From positions 1,024,001 through 1,088,000 of the forward strand of contig CAWGLD010000001.1 in assembly GCA_963823335.1 (NCBI GenBank): a DNA stretch of 64,000 bases. The letters run 5' to 3'. The stretch comes from an uncultured delta proteobacterium. GTDB lineage: Bacteria; Desulfobacterota; Desulfobacteria; Desulfobacterales; B30-G6. Below, in pieces: positions 21,725 through 30,639 of the stretch. A program made the translations under genes and the position numbers. The notes under the pieces are model-generated. The model was not told the origin of the DNA. It ran no database searches and worked only from the letters and a program-made list of their open reading frames with translations. How positions within the stretch are numbered: the stretch's first letter is position 1; every line of letters begins with the position of its first letter.

Positions 21725-22873
21725 ATGGCTGATTACCAAAAGTATTCTCGCAGGGGAGTCATTTCTTTACAGTATTTTATCTACTTTGTTGTTTTGGGCG
21801 TAACCCTGCCCTATTTCAACTTGTATTGCCATCATCTTGGATTTAGCGGTATTCAAATCGGCGCGCTTTCTTCTATGCGGTCTATTCTATTAATAATCTT
21901 TGCGATTTTGTGGAGTGGTATTGCAGATAAGTATCAAATTAGAAAATCCATTTTTGTGGGCTGCAGTTGTGCGGGTACCCTTGTCTGGGCGCTCTATTTT
22001 TTCCACGATAGTTTTCTAACAATATTGATAATAACTAGTATTTACTCAGTTTTTAATGCGCCGATCATATCATTTCTGGAGGCGATGACCATTGAGGTTC
22101 TGGGCAGGGAAAAAAGCAGTTATGGTATCATCAGAGCCTGGGGGTCTATTGCTTTTATAGCCATGGTCCTGTTCATGGGCTATCTCATTGATGCGTTTTC
22201 AATCCGAATAATTCTGATGGCTGTTTTTATTGGATCCATTCTCCAGGCGGGTTTATCCCTGCAAATCCCGTATGTCCGCAGGGTCAGGACAGACAATTTC
22301 CGTTTAAACGCCGGTGTTTTTTTTCGAAAACGGGTGGTTGTCTTTTTATTGTGTGCCTTTCTGATGTTGATGAGCCATGGCACCTACTATGGATTCTTTT
22401 CGATACATCTTGAAAATCTGGGCTACGACAATGCGTTTATAGGGCTGGCCTGGGCGTTGGCATCCATTGCCGAGATAGTCGTCATGGTCCGTTCACGGTG
22501 GGTTTTCAGCAGGCTGTCCTACGAAAATGTTCTGATTCTTTCCTATGTGGTGGCAACGATTCGGTGGTTCTTGTCAGGCGTTGCCATGTCCCCTTATTGG
22601 ATTTTATTGTTGCAGATTACCCATTGTGTGACATATGGGTTGTTCCATATGGCAAGCATCCTATATATGGATTCGCTATCACCCGATGGCGCAAAGACAT
22701 TTGGCCAGGCGGTGAATAATGCGACGACGTATGGATTGGGACTAATGGCCGGATTTTTTGTCAGTGGCTTTTTATATGAGTACACCGGCGCAGTGACCAT
22801 GTTTTTCGTCAGTGGCTTGCTCTCAATGGTTGGGGGACTGATATTTGCAGTATATTCCAAATATTCGAGTTAA
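21725..22873 (+). CDS. MFS transporter (HcaT/nucleoside:H+ symporter-like)
   Basis: About 12 hydrophobic segments, WSGIADKY, YGIIRAWGSIAF and LASIAEIVV. Confidence 0.88.
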   Translation: MADYQKYSRRGVISLQYFIYFVVLGVTLPYFNLYCHHLGFSGIQIGALSSMRSILLIIFAILWSGIADKYQIRKSIFVGCSCAGTLVWALYFFHDSFLTILIITSIYSVFNAPIISFLEAMTIEVLGREKSSYGIIRAWGSIAFIAMVLFMGYLIDAFSIRIILMAVFIGSILQAGLSLQIPYVRRVRTDNFRLNAGVFFRKRVVVFLLCAFLMLMSHGTYYGFFSIHLENLGYDNAFIGLAWALASIAEIVVMVRSRWVFSRLSYENVLILSYVVATIRWFLSGVAMSPYWILLLQITHCVTYGLFHMASILYMDSLSPDGAKTFGQAVNNATTYGLGLMAGFFVSGFLYEYTGAVTMFFVSGLLSMVGGLIFAVYSKYSS

Positions 22874-23589
22874 GTCTTTTTATCTGGAAAGAGCAGGTGG
22901 CGCATCCAGTTAAGCAGGCTGTTTTTTCCAAGAAGATCGCGATCAAAGCCATCAAAATCTTGAAGCAGTTTCTGCGGGTTTTTAAAAAAATGGGCTCTTG
23001 TAATCATTTTTATATTAGGATCGAGACGCTTGACGATTCTGGCGGGATTGCCCGCCGAAATGCAACCTGGTGGAATGTCGCTTACCACCACGGATCCGGC
23101 ACCGATGATACTGTTTTCACCGATAGAGACCCCCTTGCAGATAATGGCGCCTTCTCCCACCCAAACATTGTCCTCAATGTCAACAGGGGCTGTTTTCCCC
23201 ATGGCAATCCGGTTATAGATGTCATGCCAGTCTGAATCGGCAATATAGGAATTGCTTGCAATCATACAATTGTCGCCGATATTGATGCGCTCGGCAGAGC
23301 CGATACGGACCCCGGGGCAGATCATGCAATAGTTTCCAATATGAATGGACCCCTTTTCGGCGTTATTCGACCATACGGAAAGCCGGATTTTGTTGTCGGA
23401 AGAGGCTATCAGGGTGGCGCATTTCCCAATATGAATGGGTGTGCCGAAGATCTTGATATACCAGGGCTTCATAAATGTAAAATCCGTTCCCAGAGAGGAT
23501 AATTGCGGCTCGATGAAGTGCTTTACATATAGAGCCTGAATCCGGGTGTGGAGTTTTTTTACAAAATAAGGTCTGTGGTCTTTTCTCAA
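22870..23589 (-). CDS. Hexapeptide-repeat (LbH) acyltransferase
   Basis: IGNYCMI, IGDNCMI, DSDWH, IGENSIIGAGSVV and AGNPAR motifs. TTG start. Confidence 0.88.
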   Translation of the reverse strand: MRKDHRPYFVKKLHTRIQALYVKHFIEPQLSSLGTDFTFMKPWYIKIFGTPIHIGKCATLIASSDNKIRLSVWSNNAEKGSIHIGNYCMICPGVRIGSAERINIGDNCMIASNSYIADSDWHDIYNRIAMGKTAPVDIEDNVWVGEGAIICKGVSIGENSIIGAGSVVVSDIPPGCISAGNPARIVKRLDPNIKMITRAHFFKNPQKLLQDFDGFDRDLLGKNSLLNWMRHLLFPDKKT

Positions 23590-23666
23590 GTAGTTTTATC
23601 CTGCTGGTAATAGGTGACCAAATTTTTCGTAACGATCCATCTTGATTGATTTTTATTCAGCCATCC

Positions 23667-24716
23667 TCACGCGGATAGCTGAATAAATGGAAGCGTGTTC
23701 CAGAAATGATGATTGAACAGATGGCAGGCCGGTGTCATCTGGTATATTGCATCCGCAGCCATAAGCACAACGGCATTGCTCCAGGTGATTTTATCCTCAG
23801 GCCAGGTAATGATATCAGGGTAGGTAAAACCGCACCAATAGGAACCATCGTCGAATTTTCTGTCGCAAATCCAATTGAACACAATTCGTGAAAGATCGAC
23901 ATTTCCCATGGCGGTCAATGCCAGTGACAACTCGGAGGTTTCGGCAATTGTCACCCAGGGCTCGTCGGACACACACCGTACACCCTGGCCCCTGATGATA
24001 AATTTTTTCCAACAGGCGTCAATTCGTTTTTGTGCCTTGTTGCCGGTGAGGCAGCCTGAAAGTATAGGATAGAACCAGTCCATGGAAAATCGGGATTTGG
24101 TTATATTGAACAAATGGCTCTTGTTCCTGATGGCGTTGCCTAGTTTGAGCAACGCTGATTGCCAATCCGGTTTGGAACGGCCCAGTATTTTGGCAATATA
24201 CAGCGCACATTTAAGACTCATAAAAATTGAACTGGCACCTGTGAGAAGGGCCATTTTATCGACTTTTTCTTCGGGACTGATGGCCCAGTAAATTTCACCG
24301 TTAGGTGTTTGGAGACTGAGTGCAAACGCGATGCCGCCACACAGGGGTTGCCACATGGTTTTCAGAAATGCCGTGTCACCCGTCATGAGATAGTAATGAA
24401 ACAGGCCGACTGCCAAGTAGGAGGACATGTTGCTTTCTCTGGTTTTATCTTCAGGAATGCTGTTGATATAGGACGAGAACCAGCTGCCATCTTTGAGTTG
24501 CCTGTCTGCCAACCATCGATAAGCCTTTCTCGCTTCCTTGAAGCGTCCTCCAATGGAAAGCCCAATTGCCGCCTCAACGTGGTCCCATGGATCTGTTTTG
24601 GCGCCAGGGTTCCATGGGATTTCTCCATTTTCTCGCTGCGTATTGGCAATTAATGTTGTAATCGCTTCAACATCAACGACCGGTTCTATCTGTTTTTTGT
24701 ATGCATTTAAATTCAT
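23667..24716 (-). CDS. Prenyltransferase-like (alpha/alpha)-barrel protein of unknown function
   Basis: Repeated Q..DGSW / G.I.W / DDGSYW motifs, DPWDHVEAA and FSMDWFYPIL. Confidence 0.7.
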   Translation of the reverse strand: MNLNAYKKQIEPVVDVEAITTLIANTQRENGEIPWNPGAKTDPWDHVEAAIGLSIGGRFKEARKAYRWLADRQLKDGSWFSSYINSIPEDKTRESNMSSYLAVGLFHYYLMTGDTAFLKTMWQPLCGGIAFALSLQTPNGEIYWAISPEEKVDKMALLTGASSIFMSLKCALYIAKILGRSKPDWQSALLKLGNAIRNKSHLFNITKSRFSMDWFYPILSGCLTGNKAQKRIDACWKKFIIRGQGVRCVSDEPWVTIAETSELSLALTAMGNVDLSRIVFNWICDRKFDDGSYWCGFTYPDIITWPEDKITWSNAVVLMAADAIYQMTPACHLFNHHFWNTLPFIQLSA

Positions 24717-25032
24717 TTGAGTCCAAAGAGCTGAAGGTGGTTATTCTAAACGGTTTTGTGTTCCCGGTGTCAAAAGCTATCTGAGATTGAAATCCACCGC
24801 GTCTAATATTGAAAATATTATTATATAAAAACTTAACATATACTTTTAGATACGAATTCATGCAAGCGAATTCACTTTATCAATTGTTAAAAAATTGCTA
24901 TTTGAAATGACTGGTGCCTTTTTATTGGTACACCACTTTGTCAGGGATGTGTGTTCCAATAGTATAGAAGCCATCTCAATTTTTTTGAGAGGACTTTTAA
25001 TTTTATATAAAACATAGTCAAAGACGGATAAT

Positions 25033-26172
25033 ATGAATCAAACAACCGGAAAATCAAAAGTTCTCAGACGACTTTGGGGCTTGTTTCCCTGGGCTATTGT
25101 TCTGTGTGTCATCGTCTTCATTTTCAGCCTCTATCAGGATATCAAGACGGAGCGATCGAGACTGGAAAAAATCAAACAGGAAGCCATCATAAAGGATATT
25201 CCGTCTGTCAGGGTAATTACGCTGACTGTGATGCCCAGACGCCTGGAAGATAAGATTAAACTTCCGGGATATATTGAACCTGCAGAAGATCTTTGGGTAA
25301 AAACAGAGGTTTCTGGACAGGTTGTTAAAATTTTGACCAAAGAAGGGGCAAATGTCAAGCAAGGACAGTTGATTGCGCAGCTGGATGATCGTGATTACAG
25401 ATCCCGGCTTACCCGCATTGAAGCGAACCATCGGTTAGCCAAGTTGGAATACGACCGAATTTATTCTCTGGATAAAAAGAAGATTACAGCTGCAAGCAGG
25501 CTCGATGAAATCGAAGCCCGACTCAATGATGTATCTGCCCAACGGGATGAAGCTGAACTGGCCTTGAACAGAACCCGTATTCAGGCGCCCATGGAGGGGC
25601 AGATCAATGAGATCATCGCCAAGCAGGGTAGCTTTCTTAGCGTGGGAGATCCTGTGGCGCAAATACTTCGTGTATCGGATGTAAAGGTTACCGTGGGAAT
25701 TCCCGAAAGTGATGTCGCCTCTTTTTTAGACCTGAACGAAGCGACGGTGGTCATCGATGCACTCAAAAAGAGACGCATAACAGGCAAGAAGATATTCCTG
25801 TCCAGGCAACCCAGGAATCTGGCACGTCTGTTCGAGCTTGAACTGAAAATCCCAAATCCGGATGGTCATATTCTACCGGGCATGTTTGCTAGTGTTGAGC
25901 TTATCAGAGCTGTGCATGAAAAAGCGATCGTAATACCGCTTTACACGGTTATCACTCAGGGTGATGAACGGTTTGTATATATAGAAAATGACGGTTCAGC
26001 CCAAAAAACACCGGTTGTCATGGGACAGTTGGTGGACTGGCAGGTTCATATCACTTCCGGGATCTCTGCAAACGACAAGGTTGTTGTTGTGGGGCATCGG
26101 CTTTTAAATGATGGTCAGCCAATAGAAGTCATAAAGAATGTTTCGGATGTGCGGGAGATTTTGGCTTTATGA
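25033..26172 (+). CDS. RND efflux membrane fusion (adaptor) protein
   Basis: N-terminal TM, VSGQV, GQLIAQLD, a coiled-coil hairpin, IQAPMEG and LPGMFA. Confidence 0.93.
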   Translation: MNQTTGKSKVLRRLWGLFPWAIVLCVIVFIFSLYQDIKTERSRLEKIKQEAIIKDIPSVRVITLTVMPRRLEDKIKLPGYIEPAEDLWVKTEVSGQVVKILTKEGANVKQGQLIAQLDDRDYRSRLTRIEANHRLAKLEYDRIYSLDKKKITAASRLDEIEARLNDVSAQRDEAELALNRTRIQAPMEGQINEIIAKQGSFLSVGDPVAQILRVSDVKVTVGIPESDVASFLDLNEATVVIDALKKRRITGKKIFLSRQPRNLARLFELELKIPNPDGHILPGMFASVELIRAVHEKAIVIPLYTVITQGDERFVYIENDGSAQKTPVVMGQLVDWQVHITSGISANDKVVVVGHRLLNDGQPIEVIKNVSDVREILAL

Positions 26173-29100
26173 TTGTTTCCGATCTGGCTGTTAAAAAAAG
26201 AACCAGTGTGATCGTGCTGGCACTCATGATTTTGGTTTTTGGTCCGCTGTCTTATTTTTCCATGCCAAGAGAGTCGGCGCCGGACATCACAATCCCTTTC
26301 GTGTTTATCATGACAAATTATGCCGGTGTTGCACCGGAGGATATTGAGAGCGCCATAACCATACCCATCGAAAAAAAACTCAAGGGTCTCGAGGGGGTGA
26401 AAAAAATCGAATCCTCCAGCACAGAGGGCAAGAGCTCTATTGTGATTGAATTTGTTGCTGGGACGGATATCGATGATGTTTTACCTAAGACAAAGGACAA
26501 AGTGGACCAGGCCAAAGCCGATTTGCCTCAGGATCTGGAAGACGACCCGGAGGTTATGGAAATCAATATATCCGAACTTCCAATCGTTATTTTTTCCTTG
26601 TCAGGAGAATGCGGTCTCGAGCGCCTGAAAGAGATTGCCGAAGATCTTGAAGAGGAGTTCGAGTCCATACCGGGTGTGCTTGAGGTAGATGTTACAGGTG
26701 GTTTGGAAAGGGAAATACGGGTCGAACCCTATCCGGACAAACTTGCTTACTTCGGTCTGTCTATTTTGATGCTTCAGGATGTTATCGCACAGGAAAACCA
26801 GAATGTATCCGGTGGTGCGATCAGAATGGGAGATGGCCGTTTCCAGCTGAGAGTTCCGGGAGAATTCAGTACACCGGAAGAGATTTATGGCCTGATCGTG
26901 GGTATACACGATGGCCAGCCGGTCTATCTGAGAGATGTGGCCCGTGTGGTGGACGGATTCAAGGATGAAGAGGGCCGTTCAAGATTGAATGGGCAGGAGG
27001 CAGTCAATATACAAATCAAGAAACGTGCCGGTGAGAACATACTTGATATTACAGACAAGCTGTCGGTCATTGTAGATGAGAAAAGACGCACCTGGCCCAC
27101 CGGAACGGAAATTACCAAGCTCATGGACCAGGCCAAAGACATCCGTATCATGGTGTCCGATCTGGAGAACAATATCATTACAGGTCTGATTCTTGTCATT
27201 TTCGTGTTGTTTTTTTTTCTGGGGGCCCGAAATGCGGTTCTGGTAAGCATGGCGATTCCCTTTTCAATGTTTATCTCCTTTGTGGTGTTGAGTGCCCTTG
27301 GTATCACATTGAACATGGTTGTTCTATTTTCCCTGACCTTGGCGCTGGGAATGCTGGTGGACAACGCCATTGTGATTGTCGAAAATATTTTCCGGTTTAT
27401 GGAGCAGGGGGTACCGAGAATACAGGCCGCCATGAAAGCAACAAGCGAGGTGGCACAACCTGTCATAGCGTCTACACTGACAACCCTGGCTGCCTTTTTC
27501 CCACTGATTTTCTGGCCGGGTATCATGGGGGAGTTTATGTCCTACCTGCCCATGACGGTCATTATTACGCTAACGTCCTCTCTTTTTGTTGCCATGGTCA
27601 TTAACCCTGCGCTTGCAGCCATCTTTCTGAAGTTGCCCTTTGGTCACCCATTTGAAAGGAAAAGGGCTACGGCGGAAGATATCGAAAAGGCCGGAGAGGC
27701 GCCGATTACGATCCGGGGCCCTCTCCTCAAAGGGTATCGCAGGCTTTTAGAAGGCGCTCTCAACCATCGACTGGCCGTTCTCTTTCTGGCCTTCCTTGCC
27801 GTTGTGGCCATGGCTCTGATCTGGACGTATCGAGTCGGTCTGGAAAAATCCATCGAGTTTTTTCCAAATATTGAGCCGAACAGCATATACATTAATTTGG
27901 ATGTCTCAGAAGGTGCCGACATTGATTTTTCCGATCGTATTTCCAGGCAGGTCGAAGCTGCCATCTGTAACAGCGCAGAACGGTCGATCGTCACGGCTCA
28001 GGTAGATCCTGCCGAGTGTTATTATGCTGATACCGACAAAAAAAATCATACACTTCGAGGTGGTAGACAATACACTGGTTTAACAGACCTGATAAACGTG
28101 AAGGACATTTATTCCCGAACGGTCGCGGTTATCGGTGGGAGTTCCATGTTCGAAAGCACATCACCCAACCATATTGGTATCCAGTTTCATGACCTGGAAG
28201 AGCGTCCGGAGTCCTCCTTTACGACGGTCGAAGAGATCAGAAAACGGATCAAAGATATTCCGGGGGCCCAAATAACCATCTCTGTCCAAGAGGAAGGCCC
28301 GCCCACAGGGGCGCCCATCAATATTGAAATTGCTGGAGATAACTTCGCCGTTCTCGGTCGTATATCCCAGGAGGTCACTAAGGTCTTGGGAAAAATACCT
28401 TTTGTGCAGGATATTCAGGATGATTTTGTTTCCGGAGCACCAACCGTGAGTGTCAGGGTTGACCGCCAGAAAGCGTCTTTGATGGGTTTGTCTACCGAGG
28501 TCATCGGGTTTGTTCTGAAAGTCGCATTCAATGGAACCAAAGTATCGACCTATCGTGAGGGAGATGAGGATTTCGATATTACAGTTCAACTCTCAGAAAA
28601 AGGCAGAAGGTCGACGGATATTCTTCGTGAACTACTTATTCCTACCAACAATGGGCTCATTCCGTTGAGCACGATTGCAAGTTTTGAAGTGACCGGGGGC
28701 CTGGGGCAGATCAACCGCGTAAATCATGAACGGGTCGTCACGGTAAAGGCCAATGTTGACGAAAAACATATTCCAAGTCCGGTGGTGAGGGCACAGGCGG
28801 AAAAAATCATGTCCAACATCAGTCTGCCGCCTGGGTATAAGATACGATTTACCGGAGAGCAGGAAGAACAGGAACAGGCGGAAGCTTTCTTGACAAAAGC
28901 CTTTGCCGCGGCTCTTTTTCTCATCATGCTCATTCTGGTCACCCAGTTTAACTCTATTGCCCAGCCATTGATTATCCTGACATCGGTCATTCTCTCTCTA
29001 GGGGGTGTTTTCTTGGGGCTTGCAGTGATGGAGTATCCCTTCGGCATCATCATGACAGGTGTCGGTGTCATTTCACTGGCGGGCGTCGTTGTCAACAATG

Positions 29101-29495
29101 CCATCGTGCTGATCGATTATACCAATCGGCTGAATAAAAGGGGGATGCCCTTTAAGGAGGCAGTTATTGCCGCCGGATGTACACGACTAAGACCCGTATT
29201 GTTGACTGCAATAACCACGATCCTCGGTCTTTTGCCGATGGTTACGGGTGTGGCGTATAATTTTCATGACATGAAAATCTCGTGGATCAGTGCATCGACA
29301 CAATGGTGGAGTTCCATGGCGAGTGCAGTTATCTTTGGTCTGGCCCTTTCCACCGTGTTGACACTTGTGGTGGTTCCAACGCTTTATGCGCTGGTTCACA
29401 CAAGCAGTCTGGCCATGATTTCCGCAAATAAATGGATACAAAAAGCATATTGGAAACCCTTTTATCGAATAACGGGCTTGTCTGAAGAAGATTGA
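26169..29495 (+). CDS. RND efflux transporter permease (AcrB-like)
   Basis: GMLVDNAIV, GVVVNNAIVLID and RLRPVLLT motifs, with 12-TM/two-loop topology. Confidence 0.96.
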   Translation: MIVSDLAVKKRTSVIVLALMILVFGPLSYFSMPRESAPDITIPFVFIMTNYAGVAPEDIESAITIPIEKKLKGLEGVKKIESSSTEGKSSIVIEFVAGTDIDDVLPKTKDKVDQAKADLPQDLEDDPEVMEINISELPIVIFSLSGECGLERLKEIAEDLEEEFESIPGVLEVDVTGGLEREIRVEPYPDKLAYFGLSILMLQDVIAQENQNVSGGAIRMGDGRFQLRVPGEFSTPEEIYGLIVGIHDGQPVYLRDVARVVDGFKDEEGRSRLNGQEAVNIQIKKRAGENILDITDKLSVIVDEKRRTWPTGTEITKLMDQAKDIRIMVSDLENNIITGLILVIFVLFFFLGARNAVLVSMAIPFSMFISFVVLSALGITLNMVVLFSLTLALGMLVDNAIVIVENIFRFMEQGVPRIQAAMKATSEVAQPVIASTLTTLAAFFPLIFWPGIMGEFMSYLPMTVIITLTSSLFVAMVINPALAAIFLKLPFGHPFERKRATAEDIEKAGEAPITIRGPLLKGYRRLLEGALNHRLAVLFLAFLAVVAMALIWTYRVGLEKSIEFFPNIEPNSIYINLDVSEGADIDFSDRISRQVEAAICNSAERSIVTAQVDPAECYYADTDKKNHTLRGGRQYTGLTDLINVKDIYSRTVAVIGGSSMFESTSPNHIGIQFHDLEERPESSFTTVEEIRKRIKDIPGAQITISVQEEGPPTGAPINIEIAGDNFAVLGRISQEVTKVLGKIPFVQDIQDDFVSGAPTVSVRVDRQKASLMGLSTEVIGFVLKVAFNGTKVSTYREGDEDFDITVQLSEKGRRSTDILRELLIPTNNGLIPLSTIASFEVTGGLGQINRVNHERVVTVKANVDEKHIPSPVVRAQAEKIMSNISLPPGYKIRFTGEQEEQEQAEAFLTKAFAAALFLIMLILVTQFNSIAQPLIILTSVILSLGGVFLGLAVMEYPFGIIMTGVGVISLAGVVVNNAIVLIDYTNRLNKRGMPFKEAVIAAGCTRLRPVLLTAITTILGLLPMVTGVAYNFHDMKISWISASTQWWSSMASAVIFGLALSTVLTLVVVPTLYALVHTSSLAMISANKWIQKAYWKPFYRITGLSEED

Positions 29496-29614
29496 TCTTT
29501 CCGGCCGCCACACAACAGGCGGACAAACGAGTAAACGGCTGGCAAATCGTTTATCAAAGAGCGACGCTGTCGCGTATTATAAAATCGTTCCTAAGATTTT
29601 ATCGGGGGGTATGT

Positions 29615-29998
29615 ATGGTCGAGAAACTGTCATTTCACACGGACAAGGCGGCAGAACTGGGGGGACCGTATTCACAAGCGATAATCTATAAGGACATGAT
29701 ATACCTCTCTGGACAGGGTGCGGTGGACCCTTCAACCAACCAATTGACATCCGGTACCATTGAACATGAAGCAAAACTGGCCTTGGAGAATATTCGGATC
29801 ATCATGGAATCAGCCGGGTCTTCACTCGATAAAATTCTGCAAGTTGGTGTTTATCTAACAGATATCCGGGATTATGCTCGCTTCAATGATGTGTACAGAA
29901 AATATTTTAATGACCCGATGCCAGCCAGAACATGCGTTGAAGTAAAAAAACTACCCTTTGGTCTTCGCATCGAGATCGATACGGTGGGCTATATCTGA
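29615..29998 (+). CDS. ridA: RidA/YjgF family enamine deaminase
   Basis: GPYSQA, LSGQG, FNDVY, PARTCVEV and IEID motifs. Confidence 0.9.
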   Translation: MVEKLSFHTDKAAELGGPYSQAIIYKDMIYLSGQGAVDPSTNQLTSGTIEHEAKLALENIRIIMESAGSSLDKILQVGVYLTDIRDYARFNDVYRKYFNDPMPARTCVEVKKLPFGLRIEIDTVGYI

Positions 29999-30291
29999 TC
30001 ACCATTCCCTATTGACTTGAAGTAAAGTTTTATTGTATTGATTAATCATAATGCGTGTAAGAAAACACTCATAAACACATTAAAAGATATTAAATTGTTA
30101 CGCATCCTCCTCTCAAGCTGGTTTTACCACCTCATCTATTTACCCGACATTTGATAGCGAAGATTGTGCCGGTTTTCTGGTTCTTATGAGTGTTCAAGTA
30201 CAAGCCGTTTCATAATTTGTATCTGTATCGTGGATAATGGGAGGCTTCTCCCTTAAAGTACCTGTTAACTCTAAAACAAAAGGAGGAAGAT

Positions 30292-30501
30292 ATGCCGGAC
30301 AGTGTATACAAAGTTATAGAACTTGTGGGCACCAGCGAAGTATCATGGGAAGAAGCTGCGAAAAATGCAGTTGAAACAGCGGCCAAAAGCCTCCGGGAAC
30401 TCAGGGTGGCGGAGGTCACCAAGCTCGACATGAAAGTTGAAAACTCCAAAGTTGTTGCTTTTCGAGCAAGAGTCACACTTTCTTTCAAGTACGGCACATA
30501 G
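30292..30501 (+). CDS. Dodecin family flavin-binding protein
   Basis: VYKVIELVGTS..SWEEAA..AV..A.KSLR and SFKY motifs. Strong AGGAGG RBS. Confidence 0.95.
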   Translation: MPDSVYKVIELVGTSEVSWEEAAKNAVETAAKSLRELRVAEVTKLDMKVENSKVVAFRARVTLSFKYGT

Positions 30502-30580
30502 TCTTCATTTTAAATAGACAGGTGCCTGTTCGAAAAGAGAAATAAAAAGCGTTTCCAGATGGAAATGCCATAGAAGTCCG

Positions 30581-30614
30581 AATAAATAAGCCGCTATGAG
30601 CGGCTTATTTATTT
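30581..30614. terminator. Bidirectional intrinsic terminator
   Basis: AATAAATAAGCCGCT-ATG-AGCGGCTTATTTATT, a perfect 15-bp stem downstream of dodecin. Confidence 0.8.
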
Positions 30615-30639
30615 GGCACAGACCAACAGTGAAAATATC

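Noticed and set aside
30000-30291. FMN riboswitch upstream of dodecin
   Set aside because: The conserved RFN blocks are not present.
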